Both the position numbers and the translations under genes were made by a program. From the NCBI RefSeq assembly GCF_009914755.1, contig NC_060934.1: DNA of 64,000 bases. One strand, given 5' to 3'. Source of the stretch: the human T2T-CHM13v2.0 reference genome, Homo sapiens. Positions 14,258 to 29,796 of this stretch are shown piece after piece. Under the pieces are notes generated by a model. That model did no database searches, was not told the DNA's origin, and saw nothing but the letters and a program-made list of their open reading frames with translations. Position 1 is the first letter of the stretch, and the number at the start of each line of letters is the position of its first letter.

Positions 14258-14450
14258 ATAATAGCTATCATTCACTAAGTATCTATTGGAGGAGAAACTG
14301 ATAAGCATTTGACCTATTTAAGCTCATCGCCTCACAGTAACCTTGCAGGGGCATACTACTATTATTCTCATTTTACACATGAGAAAACCAAGGTTTAGAA
14401 AGGTTGAATTGCCCACTTCTTACAGATGGTGAATTGCAGAGCCAGTATGC
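14258..14450 (-). mobile_element. MIR
   Basis: CCTCACAGTAACCTTG...CTCATTTTACACATGAGAAAACCAAGG. Confidence 0.75.
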
Positions 14451-15319
14451 CAAGCTTCATCATCTTCAATGGGGTTACAGCAACCCATACTATAATATAA
14501 AATGCTCCAATTTGAACCCTGGATCTGAAGAGTAACATTTATGTAATCCTTACCCTCCTGTGCTCATTGTCTTTTGAATTTCTGACTCAAGTGACAATAC
14601 CTTTCTGAAAACCTAATAGAATACCTATCCATATTTTAAGTTCCTTGACATCAGATGTCACGTCTTATTCATTTTTTTGTCTCCTGCACAAAGCCCAGGG
14701 GAGAATTTGGCAGCCACATTCAGCAGTTCTCTAACTCTGCTTATAGTCTGACCCAACAGAGCTACTGAGGAAATGGAATCCTACACTCACTTAGTAAAGC
14801 AGATGTTTCCTGTAGAGACACACCCAAAAGACCTTTGCATGTAAGATGCATCCTTTACCTCTGAGAAGCTTTGGAGACCTGGAGAATTCTACATCAGGAG
14901 ATGAACCAATTTGGAAGGACTGAGATGTCCATGATGACATCTCATTTGGCAGAAGAGCCTCATTAATCCTGGATTCTATAACTTTGTCATAGCCCCAGAC
15001 AAGCTCACTTTTTACCTGCACCTCTCTCCCACTTCTTTCCATTATATCCACTATGACCCAAACAGGGTTTGCTGTCCCCCAAGAATCAGATAAGGATGCC
15101 CAGACACACTAAACTCCTTGATGTTTGTCAGTTAAACTATTAAAACCTATTTATAATGTTCCTTTTTCCACAGTGCTATGTAGACATTTGTATTGCAGCA
15201 CTTGCCATGTCACCTTCTCTCATTAAACAAAAACCAGTATTTATTCAACTCTATAACTCAGCCTAAATGTGCTCTATAACATAGTACATGATTGACACTC
15301 ATTAGTATAATAGTATCAC

Positions 15320-15525
15320 TTAATAATTCTCAAACATTGAAGATTCCACTAAACGCTTTAAATGCATCTTTTATTTACTACTCACTACATCATTTTTAGA
15401 TATTATAATTCCCTTTTTTATATAAGGGAAGCTGAGGTAGAGAAACATTAAGCACTTTTCCCTAGATCGCACTGCTGATAAGTGTTCAAGACAATTTAAA
15501 AGTGTGTCTAAGTTCAGAGCTTTTA
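15320..15525 (-). mobile_element. MIR
   Basis: CCCTTTTTTATATAAGGGAAGCTGAGGTAGAGAAACATTAAG core. Confidence 0.65.
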
Positions 15526-16387
15526 AGGATGAAACCAAACTTCCCACCAATAACCCTAAAATCTTTCACAGCTCCCAGTTTATTCAGTAAGTGTGTGCAG
15601 CCTGACCAGTCAAGCACAAGGACTCAGAAGCAGCAGTTATGGTCAGAGCTATACCACCAGAAATGAAGTGCTTCTACTATGAGAATATTTAGCTCAGTCT
15701 TTGCAGCTATCTGAGCAGTGGCGATGGAAAGAAACACATATTTTCCTTTCCTGCTTCCCAATTTTTACAGCCTTTCCTATGCTTTTATCTCACCATTCTC
15801 TGTAGCAACTAGTGAGGCCAAGAATTAAAACTGAGGTGATGAGTTTCTAAGCCTCTCAGCAGCGAACCCTGGAGTCAAAGTGAAAACAATTACCAAGGGT
15901 GAGTCTACTCTATATGCAGTAGAAATGCATATTCATACTTCATTAGCAACTAACTGGGCATTTCATATTCTCCAATTTCCCTGTACTAATTGTCTATCTC
16001 AGTAAGGGCAAACTATTAGAAAGAAGCACAAGTACAGTATCTTTTGCATTATAGGGAAATGTAGCTCCATCATTAGGAAGAGATTTCAGAAAATGCCAAT
16101 AGTAGATGATCTCAAAGCCAAGGTTTTGTTTTGTTCTCACTGCACAGTCTGATAAACACATATGCATTCCTAGGTCCCCAGGCTCAAGAAGTTAAGGTAA
16201 GATGGCATTTATGGAGATCAGGTACCATAAATATTTGTGAAAATGATAAATGAAGAAGCTACAGATCTTTTTAATACCATCCTCAATTCACCCCTTGAGT
16301 GAATATTTGGCCTAATTAAGTCTGTAATTGTAATAGCATTAGACAAATCTTGTGTAACACAGAAAGGCATGCTGTTTTGTACTGTTA

Positions 16388-16492
16388 GGAAAGAAAGAAA
16401 AAAAAGGGACAGAGATAAGCTGTTGAGAGAGAGGGGAAAGAAAGAAGCAAGGAAGGGAGTGAGGGAGGGAAGAAGAAAGGGAAGGAAGGAAT
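16388..16492 (+). repeat. Purine-rich (GA/GGAA) low-complexity tract
   Basis: About 100 bp composed almost entirely of A and G. Confidence 0.75.
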
Positions 16493-19400
16493 AATAGTAA
16501 AACAATGTAGATACGATGAAGAAGACTTGGTACTAAGTACTTAGTACTTGGTACTTAGACTTTGGTACTAAGCAACAGTGGGCAATTTATTCACTAAACA
16601 TCATTTATTATGTTTTAATATCATTGCCATGAAACTCAGCACAGCTTAAATCCAGAAAAACTAAATAGTAAAGTACATGGATACAGGTATTTGAAATGCA
16701 TTATTTCCTTAATTCTAAGAAATGGCAACCTATAGTCTTCCATGCTTATGCAAAAAGCCAAAATCAGTTTTTTGTTCTACCAGTAAGTCACGTATCTTAC
16801 CATGTTTTATTCTTTTCTGTCCCTTCCCACTTGCCCAAACTAATTTTGCCTGTCTATTCCCTTGAATGTTTAGTTACAGAAGAGCTAATTTTGAACTTGT
16901 GTTAGATTCTGGTCACTCATGGAGAAATTAAAATCTTTGAGACAGTGTAGACACTGCCTTACAGAAATATTCAACCTGGTCATAGAACTAGACAAGTTAC
17001 ATATTAAACAACTAAAGTACAATGCCAAAGCAATTGTCAATGAGTACAAAATAAGATGTTTCCTAAGATTTAATTACATATTTGTAATAGATATTTATGC
17101 TGTTTTTTGTGGCTTTGTTCTGCCATCCTGTTATTCTATTCAGAGTTTACAGAAATCCTTAATGAACATTGCTAAAAATAACTTCCCTCAGAGACTTATG
17201 TGGCTTACCTTAATAATGATGGTTTCATCACTTCTCTTATTTTATTTGTGCAGGTGATCATTAAAATTAAGCTCTTGATTAAAATTACTTAGGGTAATTT
17301 ATCTCAGGCTGCATTCTCACTTAACAAATGAAGAGATCCATAAATACTGATGAGGCTGGTTTTCACCATGCTTCGTAATTCCTTGGAATAGAAGGTGTTA
17401 TGTTAACAAAAAATCACGATAATTAACTGGAATCCAAGCCTTGGGTATCAATAGACATTCATAGAGTCATCAGCAAATGTAATAAAGAAATGGTCACTAT
17501 TACGCATATTTCATATAAGATGATATTACAAAAGTATGGGCCATAAAGATTCTTTAAAAGAGGGCTTATATCTTTTTCTTATTTAGCATTATTCATCTAA
17601 AATGTTCGTTAGCAGCAATATTGCATAAAGTAACAACATTCTGCCATGTAAGAAAAGTAGTGGAGATAATAAAACTATAGTTCCGCGAGTAAACATAATC
17701 AAGATTTGCTCAAAATTCCCTGGGCTCTTCTTTGGCTTTCATCAAATAGATGCAACTCAGTGTTATTTTGCCCTGTCCTCACAGTGCTGTACATATTAAC
17801 CTTACTGCTTCAAAGAGGGAGGACTCTGAGCTGCTCTGCATGGTACTTAGGCTAGTTTGGATACTGCCAACATGAGCAGATCACGCCCAGCTGAGAAAGA
17901 ACTAGAGCTGATGCCTAGTCCTATTGCTTCAAGGACCCTGGAGAACTCATTACCTTGCTTAACATATCTCTAGATCATTGAAACTTGACACAGTGACCCA
18001 TAGGAACAAAGAGAAATGGCTCTATTCCAAATCAAGAGTCCCACAGACTCTTCAACAGCATTTTTAAAGAGATTCATTATTTTACAGAAATATATTCTTT
18101 ATTAAATCCAAGAGAGGAGAAGAAGGAGCTTGGTTTCCTGCCAGTTCTAAAAGAGGAGGAAAGTATTTCAGATTGTCTAGTCCCTCACGTCTTACTGAGC
18201 CCAGGCTCTCTCCTACACAAGAGCTGTCCTGTTCATTTGTTTTATGAAAAGTACAGGCAACACTAAATTTTAGAATTACATTAGTGTGGAATTTTATTCT
18301 TTATGGTAAAAGCATTAAGAAAAACTGCTATTCAAGTTTTTCATCATATATAATGAAAAAAATGAATTGCCAACCTATTAGAGCTATTTTAATGTTCTCT
18401 AAGCATATTATTTGCACATTTGATTATAAGCCTTCGATAAGTGCTTTCTAGAGATATTTTTTTCTTAGCAGGAAAAAAAGAGACAGGAGGGTATTTATAA
18501 TTATGGAAACATGCAGAATGTATTTAAAACATCCAAGGTAGGCAAGATTTCATAATGGCATGTATAAGGGATACATTGGACTAATTATTTCTTTCTTATT
18601 AATAATTTCTATTTCTATAAGGGAGATAAATGGAGAAATTTATCTGGAGATTACACCTTTAAATACTTTCATAAAAAGCAGTTACAAAAATGGCTTTTGA
18701 AGTCTGGCTGCAATTGAAGCAGATTTGGCCAGGCCATTTCCATCACAATAGGATTTTTGAAGAGAGTAGAGTGAAAAAAGGGCCCATTACAGACAGGTCA
18801 CCTGATCCAGCCCTAGAGATAATGTGAAATTGTTCCCTATAGTAATGTCTGCAAGGCTTTATCCAGACTCGTCTGAAATGGATACCCAGAAAAATGCACT
18901 GTTCTAATAGCCCCCTTTATTTTTGGCTTGAAAGCCTATTTCCTAATGGCAGTAATGACTAGTTTGCTTGCCCATCTTTATCTTCCATGAACGATGTAAA
19001 AGAAAGCAGTATTTTGGAGCCACCGGCCATAGGGGATTGCTGCTCACAGGTCCTAAGTGATAGTGAGGTGGTAGCTGAGGTTACATCAAGTGCTTTTTAA
19101 GCCCCAACTCATCTGGCATCTAGCAGACTAAGATTTGCTCCACAGGAAGCCTGAGACAATGAAGAGGAGCCTGAAAACCATGGAATGAGGTGTATGAGCT
19201 GTTTCAAGGGTGATGAAGGTATCTTGGAATTGCAGAGACAGGTTCTTCTCCCAAGTCTCTTCTGTAGCAGAGATAACTACTTCTTAAGCAGGAAAAAGAT
19301 CTGTGTGTTATGATCTGCACCACAGTTGCCAAATGTCACATTAATCCCTCTGTGATTCCATACACAAATCATATCCTAATTGTTCCACTACTGCATAGAT

Positions 19401-20104
19401 AATTAAGTTATGGGAAAAATGTAAGACTCAAATGGTACCGTGTAAAAATATCACTGCCTGACATAATTCCAACAGGGTGGCATTGTTGCCACCCAGAGTC
19501 AAGGGATTTTCCTTGACATTTTACATTATTCAACACGGTGCTGCCATCTCCTGGGAAGGTTTTCTGGATTCCCTCAATTCCATAACCTTCTGTTCATTCC
19601 ATACTTCTGATTTCTCAAAACTCCAGAAACCACCATCCTCTGTATAAGATAACAGACTCTGCCTTCCTCACCATTTCAGCAGACACACAAGGAAAAGAGG
19701 AACAATTTGGGTGGAGAGGGAACAGGGCAGAGAAATGAAGAGTCCTTGTCATAAGCAGGTTAGAGGGTCCCTATCAGGGGCAGGAATCACAACTTACAAT
19801 CAATGTATCCTGACATTCTGAGTGTAAATTGTTTGGGTAAAACAAAAAGGCATCATTTGAATTAATGCTCTGGTTCATTGGAAAGAGTACTCAGAAATGC
19901 AGGAATATGTGGGTGGCAAGTGTGACAGACCCCATTTGGACTTTTAAAATTAAGTGAGGAGATTCTTAAGGCCAGAAAGTGAAGGCTGAGGACTAACAAG
20001 CAAGTGGATATCACCTTCATTATGATTTCAACATTAAACATTAATGTGACTTTATTTGTCTCCAAAGTCTCTTATAGATGACAACATACCAATTATGATC
20101 TTTC

Positions 20105-20242
20105 AAACTAGATTATAAACTCTTTGAATTTAATAATGGTCAAATTTAAGTGTTGCATATTTCACTTTTATATTCCCAAACCTACATCAGTATTTAGCCC
20201 AAAGAAAAAATCCACTAAATGTTAGTTGAATGACTTAATGAA
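20105..20242 (+). mobile_element. L2 3' end
   Basis: CTAGATTATAAACTCTTTGA...CTAAATGTTAGTTGAATGA. Confidence 0.55.
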
Positions 20243-20484
20243 ATCCAGCCACAGGAACCAAATAGGGTGACAATCTCTGCTTGTAACTGTGTCTTTATAC
20301 CTTTCTGCTAACAATTGTTGGGGTAAAAAAACTATAAGTGCCACTTATAATCACTGAATTCAGACAAGAAAGCAGTAAAGTTAGAAAAGGGGGAAGAAAT
20401 CATTTAAATCAAGGGGGATACAGTGAAAAGAAGTAAATATTAGGCTGATAGCAATAAAAATATCTAGCCCTAGAAGCAAAAGCC

Positions 20485-20729
20485 TGACATTTTCCCAAGG
20501 AGTTATCCAAGCACTGTTTTAAACATTTTTCATATAATACCTCATTTAATTCTCTGAAATCTCTATGAACAAAACTATTATTTTTCCATATTTTCCAGAA
20601 AACAACACAGAACCAGAGTTATCTAGTGTCTTATTCAAGGTTTCACAGCTCCCTGGTGGCAGAGGCAATATTTTAACACAGGCTCCTGCCTGCAAGGTTT
20701 ATACTTTCAAACTCTGCACTATGCTGCCT
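20485..20729 (-). mobile_element. MIR
   Basis: CCTCATTTAATTCTC...CAAGGTTTCACAGCT...CACTATGCTGCCT. Confidence 0.75.
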
Positions 20730-22270
20730 TTCAAGAGTGTTAGATCCCCATAGGAGATGCAGCAGATTAAGCATCTTCATTTCATTTACTAAAAAGATTT
20801 TCAATTATTTATCAATAGAAATCAGGGAAAAAATAACATGGCTTTAATTTCACTGAAACCTAGAATGCACACATACACATGCACATGTGCACACATACAG
20901 ATGCACGTGTGCACACACACATCCATGTATCTTGGAGTTTAATGTCCGTTCTTTCTAAGTCTAGTATTTTCTTCTTCAAAATTCAAGGACTTCAAGGCTT
21001 AAGTACTATCACAAGATTTCTCTGTTATTATTCAAAGATTAGAAGTTCTTGGGCACCAGGAAGATAACTGGCAAAGTACTATTTCAAGTTCCTCATCACA
21101 ATATTGAATAAAATCCCACATAATCAGAACCTTAGTCAAGTGGAGCAAATGTTAGCATGGGACGATACAATCAAATTCCACCCTTATCTCCATGCCTGCA
21201 AGCCCAAGCCTTTCCACACTAGAAAGGATTTACCAGTCTCCTGAGGGACAGAGAAAAGTAAACCTCAGAAAAAAAGAGTGCTTAAAATGGCAGGAATATC
21301 AATGCCCCATGGTGACTGTAGCAATGCACAGAATTTACTGCATCCAAGGCATGTGCTTCAAGACATTAGAAAGTAATATCAAATGAAAGGTGTTTATTGG
21401 ACTGGCCTCTGAAACAGACAAATGCCCAACTGCATAGCTGATGAAAAAATTAGCCTGCTACTAAACACTAAATGGATCAACAATCTATTAACTCTAACCT
21501 TGTTAGCAGTGAGCTTGCAGTAGAATACGTGACCTGCCTTTTTAAACAAACTTTCTTCAATGTCTATCTTGGACTGAAATGATTTTCTTTTTCCAAATTC
21601 AGCAATGATATACTTAATATTCCATATTAACTCAAAATGACCTTGTCCCTTTCTTCAAAGGCTATTCACCTTCAAGGCCTTTTGAGATCATTACATATGT
21701 ACCATTTTATTCAGGTGATAATAATATTCATTTTTATTGTATGGGCAGCAACCACAGCAGAGGCTCAGATGATATTCAGTGAGTCTCTACAGTCAAGATG
21801 AAATGTTATGAAGACCTTGATGACAAATCATCATCTCAAAGTCATTGTCTTATCAGCAGAAATATTCTCATCCATACGCACCTATAGGCAAGAGTGAGGG
21901 CAGAGTCAGCAAACACCCACACAGAAATAGTTCTGATGGGAAGGCAGGGAGAATGGGAATAGGTTAATGGAGAGGGTAAAGTTGTAGGGTGAAATCTTTA
22001 TATTCATGCAAGTTTAAAAAAAACAAAAGCTTATCGTGTAAAACAAAGCTATGTTGGGGTGGAAATGAGGGAACTGAAAGTAACCTTGATATAACAGGCC
22101 CTATTTGTGAATGAGAAAAAGACTGTAAAAGCAAGTATAATATTCCAACGATCAGGCAGCCACCAGGAACACTGCCCAGAGTGAGTGCATTTCAGCCAGA
22201 CCTCCAGAAGCAAACATTAGTTTCTCTCCAAAGCAAACCTACATTCCTGCAATGACTCAAACCTACTCAC

Positions 22271-22308
22271 CAGAAAGCTCCGGAAAAGGAGGTTCCAATG
22301 ACTTCAGT
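22271..22308 (-). other. Candidate 38-nt internal exon
   Basis: Minus strand: cttttgttctctctcttgccttcttaag|ACTGAAGTCATTGGAACCTCCTTTTCCGGAGCTTTCTG|gtgagt. Confidence 0.3.
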
Positions 22309-23267
22309 CTTAAGAAGGCAAGAGAGAGAACAAAAGTTCTGAAGTAAGTTCTATTCCCATAAAACGAATGTTAAGTAAAGAAAATCAAGTGCTAGACTAA
22401 AAGCCAGGAAAAGTGAGGCACAGCAGTAAGTTTAAGGCCAGAGCTAAGGAAGTACTCCACAGAATTTAGAATGAACAAATACTGAAATGACTGTCTAAGC
22501 AGGTTTCATAAGCCCTTGGAGCGAGGTAGCAAATATGGCAGGAAAGAAAGTGCAGGCCATCCTTAACATCAGGCAAGTGTTTCTGGGGGCTTTTTAGAAT
22601 GTAAGCGAGGAAAGAGGGACAAGCTCATCTTTGGGAATTGAAAGACTACTGAGTCTGCAGAAATCCATGGGCTGAAGCACCCAGTACTTAACAACTATTT
22701 TTTCAGGTTTTATGCCAAGTACTAAAGAATCAAAATTGGAAACTCACAATCTCCACTCTCAAGAGTTTCTAAAAGTCAAGAAATGAATGGTCTGACTTCT
22801 ATATGAATGTGGCCACTTGTGACAAAGTGGTAGAAAAACTGTCCCGGGTGGTTTAAACGGTTGATATCAAGGCAGGATCTTTCTCTATGAATGTCTTAAA
22901 AAGGTATGGTGATTAAAAGAGAAATGACTATTAGACCTTTCCCCTGTGAAACCTGCTGGGAAGTTTAGTCATCCTAAAGTTTGCTTTGTATCATGTGGTA
23001 TTTAGAAACTCCAAATTAAATCTATTCAACTGACACATTCTCACCCTGTTCTTCCTGCTTATTCAAATTTCTACACCACACCTGTTTCTGTTTAGAAAGT
23101 AGGCAGAATGTAAGTTATTACAAACGTGATATAAATTTATTTACTTTATGTCAGATACAGTATAACATATAATGGGAAAAAGCAAAAAAAAATAAGTTTT
23201 AGAATGAGACAGGCTATGTAATTAATTTCAGTTATTTACTCAGTAAATAATTTTCTTTTTCCAAATT

Positions 23268-23629
23268 CACAGAAAGACAAATACCATATGATCTCAATTG
23301 TGTGTGGAATCTAGAAAGTCTAATTTACAGAAACATAAAGTGATTAGTAGGTGACTATCAGGGGCTGGCCCAGCATGTGGGGGCAGGGAACGGAAAAATA
23401 TTGGACAAAGGATACAAACTTTCAGTTATAAGCCAAATAAATTCTATAGATCTAATGTACAACATGGTAATTATAGTTACTAATATTGTATTATTTACTT
23501 AAAAAGCATGGTGATAGATATGTCGATTAATTTGATTGTGGTAATATGTATATGTATACCACATCATCATGTTTTTTGCCTTTAATCTATACAATTTTTA
23601 TTTTTCAATTATATCTCAAGCTGGAGAAA
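23268..23629 (+). mobile_element. L1MA/MB 3' UTR
   Basis: CACAGAAAGACAAATACCATATGATCTCA...AAAGGATACAAACTTTCAGTTATAAG...TCAATTATATCTCAA. Confidence 0.85.
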
Positions 23630-24649
23630 ACAAAGATTTGAAGCAAAATGTATTAGAACATATTTTTCAGTGTAAGTGACATTCTATGCAATTGGATGGA
23701 AGTGTAGAAGTATCTAATATTTTTTGGCTTATAGTAATTCCTAAATTCTACTTCAACAAAGAAATACCATAAAATTTTAAAGATTACCATATTCTAAGAA
23801 TTTTTTATATCAAGTGAATACAATTACAACCATTTTCTGGGAATTATTTTAAAGTGACAGCCGATTTATAGTTACTAAACTCATTTCTAAAGTCCCAGTT
23901 TCCTAAGAAGCACCAAGATTACATCCTCATCATGACAGACATGTCATTTCTACCCCAGAAAAACCAAGTTTATGTTCTACGCTCATTTATGCTCTATTCA
24001 TTTTACCAACTGAATTATAAAGTAAGAGATTCCCTTTTATTATCTGCTATGATCTGATGTTGACCATTGGTAATGAATTTTAGAAGCCAGTTGGATAAGT
24101 GCACAGAGGAGTAATTATTTAAAATAAAAATTTTCCCAGAATAACTGGTACTGAAGTGGATGGCATGTCAGAAGATAAGTGATCTCAACAAACCCATTTT
24201 CATTAAGGAAGAGGGTGAAGAGATTTCCTAAGGGAAATCATGATTACTCAGTATCAGCCATGGTAAAGTTCCACAGTGATCCACAGCTTGAATAGTCTGA
24301 ACTTTCACCACGCTTGCTTACCAAAGTCATAAGCTAGGACCATAGTTTATCCATCATGGGGAGCAGCTTAGCCTAATAGACTGAGTAGCGTCATGCCAGC
24401 TGGACTTTGGGCAAGATACCCAGCACATTAGACTTATTCATAAAAGTCAGAGAATTTTACACAACCCCAAACCACAGGGCAACAGCTGTACTGTTAGAAA
24501 ACAACAAGATATTGGGTTCAAGGCTAATCCTTATCATGCAGCTGAAGTTGAAAAAATAAAGCAAAACCAAAACTCACACCTCAGAATCTGCACCTGATAA
24601 ACCTGGGGCATCAACTGGCTATCAGCAATATCATCAATGGGGTAATAGC

Positions 24650-24890
24650 AGAGGCTGGAGATTAAGTATATAGATTTTGAATTCAGGTTGTCTAGTTTGG
24701 ATTGTGACTGTGCTACTCAGTAGCTGTCTGTCCATGGGAAATTATTTTACCTCTTCAGGCCTTAGTTTCTTTATGTATAAACAGGAATTTCTGTACTAAA
24801 AACTTCATAGCCTTGTAGAAAGGATATAATTAATTTAAAGCTTTTAGCACAGTGAGCATCATGCAGAAGTAGTTAATAAATGCTAATCAT
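24650..24890 (+). mobile_element. MIR
   Basis: CCTTAGTTTCTTTATGTATAAAACAGG...TTTAGCACAGTG...TAATAAATG. Confidence 0.7.
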
Positions 24891-26018
24891 GATTAAGTTT
24901 ATTATTTTACTATTATATAATGATAACCATCTAAATATATTAAATCCACCCAATATTTCCTTTTTTCTTGAAACCCTTGACCATGCAAACATGCCTATGA
25001 GCCTACAGTCTGCTTTCTATCTCAGTATAGATAACGGCAAAGGAACTCACACAGTAATGCAGTATGTCTGGTGGAAAGAGAAGTCCAGCCCCTCTGCCTG
25101 ACTTCCTTTGCTTTTCATCTCTTTAATCCACCACCACTAAGCCCACGGGTCTCCCACCTGCAGATTCAGTTCTGCTCTAACTCTATGCTAAACTAGGCTT
25201 CTAGCAGAAAAAAAAAATATTCATTTTCACCCCTTTCCCTTGTTCTCCTCCCCAAATCTAGTGAAGCTTAACTAAGACCAGCCCATTCTTCTTATTAGGA
25301 TTTCTAGAAAGGCAAGGTTCAGTGCTGACCACTAAGCTCCTTCACTCTCTAGCCACACTCCTTGTTACTCTGACACTATTGTATGGCTTCTAGTTCCCCT
25401 CCTGTGTTCCAATCCTATTCTCTGTGCTCAGGCACCAATCTCTTGAGCAATATTTTCTATCACTAACTACCCAGTACCCCCAGTTTATAGACTATGACAC
25501 CACATTAGTTCTTTCAGAAATGAGAGCCAGGCACTGTCCTGAAAATTTATGCACAGCTTTCTCCTTGCACTCTTATATAGCATGGAATGACTCAGAACAA
25601 ATGTATCAGTCCTCTAAATGAAATTTCTGAACTAAAGAGTTCCACAGGATGATTATTAAAAAATGTGTCTGTAGCCTAGATACAGATGAGGAAAAGCTCT
25701 TAGAATCTTATTGAAATCATGATGAGTCTGCCAGGATGCAATTTTGCTGTTTTTAAGTACATTAGACAGAGCTGAGCTGATTTTTAAATTTATTTCTGTC
25801 AAAAAAATCAATCATGAAATAGGTTTTATGAACCTATTTGTTAAATGCTCAGCACAGTATTAAAAGTTGTAAGTAATTAAAAAGAAAAGTAGACCACAGT
25901 CTATGATGTCAAAGACTTCTGGATCCAAGTGTGGACATGTACACACACACATATACACACACACACAAGCACACAACATTGGTGAAACAAGAGTATACAA
26001 CAAAAGGTGAAAAAATAT

Positions 26019-27746
<1,728 letters not shown>

Positions 27747-27764
27747 AATGAATGATGAAAAATA

Positions 27765-27966
27765 AATAATAATATTTGCCACCTATTGAGGCCCTACAGG
27801 GGTAGACACCTTACAAAGAGTGATTTTTTGCAGCCTCACAACAACTCTGGAATTTCTCACTTAATTTTCCATTTAACGGATTGAAGTTCAGAGGTCTCAC
27901 CCTAAAGCCACAGCAAAATGGGTAGAACCAAAACTATCTGATGCCAAAGCTGATTCTCTTTCCACT
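27765..27966 (-). mobile_element. MIR
   Basis: GCCTCACAACAACTCTG...CCATTTAACGGA...CTGATGCCAAAGC. Confidence 0.55.
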
Positions 27967-28526
27967 AAAAAATTTTAGAAAGCAGAATACTAGGTTTCTT
28001 TCAGGTTCTTATTCGGTTGAAGCCGGGCCTTTTTTTTTTTTTTTTAGGATATCAGGTGCAGAACTAAACTAAAACAATAGTCATTATATGGCCCAAATGC
28101 TAAAATGTATACCTATTACAAAAGCTCAGCAAGTGAACATTTCAAGCAGGCCAACTAGGATGACACTATTTCCCCTACCACAGATATTTCTCAGCCACTA
28201 AGACTTTAATGTTAATCAACTTGTGCCAAAGTCATAACTTGACTTCAGGTCTATAAAGAAAAAGTAAATGAATAGATAGTACTAATATATTCATATCATT
28301 GATTAAAGCTTATATTGTATCTTCACATACATCATTTCATTTTAGGTATTGTAAGAATTTGGTAGTAAGTGGGAGTAGTTATTTTTTTTAATTTTATTTC
28401 CCACTGAAAAAAACAAGAACCAAACTTACTGCAGGTCACACAGCTAACCAGGGACCAAGCTCTGTGCTCATTTCATTACTTGATTCTGACTGGTCCACTC
28501 TAATGCCATTGCCGCTCAATGACACC

Positions 28527-28689
28527 CAGGACTGGCCACATAATTTGTGGGACCAAGTGAATAATAAAAATTCAGATCTCCTTGTCCAAAACGTATGAAG
28601 AATTTCAAGACAGAAACTACAGAGTATTAAACCAAATGCAGGGCCTCCTAAATAGCTGCAGAGGTCATGGGCTCATGAAGCTGGCCCTA
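28527..28689 (-). mobile_element. MER45A hAT-Tip100 MITE with 8-bp TSD
   Basis: Termini CAGGACTGGC...GAAGCTGGCCCT; TSD ATGACACC at 28519-28526 and 28690-28697. Confidence 0.85.
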
Positions 28690-29647
28690 ATGACACCACT
28701 GCAAATTAAACTGTGAAATAAATAATTCAAGAAGCTGCTAATTGAACAAGGTAAAGAGTATGGATGTATTCAAAGTTACCACTTTTGCAGAACACACTGC
28801 AAAAGTGCCTGTGACAGATGCAATCCAAGTTGTATGATCATAATCCATAATCACCCACCGCTCCAAAAATTACTCAGATTAGGAAATGTATGGCCATCAG
28901 CTTTTGGTCAAATCAGATGAACACATTTCTTCCCAAGTTACTTATTGAACACATTATTATGATTTTTCCCAAATGTAACGCACTGATATCATTAAAAATG
29001 ACAAGGGGAAGGCATCAGGAATGTTCATTCAAGAGCAAGGAAATGAAGCTTGTAGACTTCAGCAAACCCACCTATTTGGCCTATGCTTCCAGTATGTCAT
29101 TTTGGAATAAACAATTTCAGGAAGGTGGCTGCACAGATGCTTTTACAACAGAGTAAAGAGCTGAAATAAGTACCTGATGGTGCTATCAATTAACAGCAGA
29201 TGTTTGCAGGTGAGCTGGGATGTGTGGTTTGAATTTCCAAAGTGAAATGATCTTCTGGTGTGGATAAGAGCCTGCTGTTGTCAGACATCTCTAAAGAATC
29301 CCTACACACTGTGGATCTAATTAGGTGTGAGAGCCACCTTCATTCTTATGAGGGAGAGGGAGGAACCTGCACAGTCGCCTTCTTGTCCTGTTATCCATAC
29401 TTTCATCTTTCCAGAAGATCTCTGAAAATCGGAAATCTTGTCCAGACACTCTAGAAAGATTTTGAACCAGAAAATGTGCACTAGGGAGTGAAGGAAAGAA
29501 GGCAAGTTCCAAATGGTATCTTTTTTTTTTCCTTAAAAATTAACTACATGTGATCTGGAAAAAAGAAAAAAGCATTTAAATCAACCAAATACGAACGAAG
29601 GAAAAATTACACAAGGGCTCTTAAGAATTACCAAGGGCTCTTAAGAA

Positions 29648-29796
29648 TATTAATCCCATTCATGAGGGCTCTACTCTCAGGACCTTATCTAATTCTAATT
29701 ACCTCCCCAAAGACCCTATCTCCCAATACCGTCACATTAGAGAGTAGGGTTTCACTATGTAAATTTTGGAGGGACACAAGCATTTAATCCATAGCA
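29648..29796 (-). mobile_element. Partial MLT1A LTR
   Basis: TAATCCCATTCATGAGGGCTCTAC...GGGACACAAGCATTTAATCCATAGCA. Confidence 0.8.
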
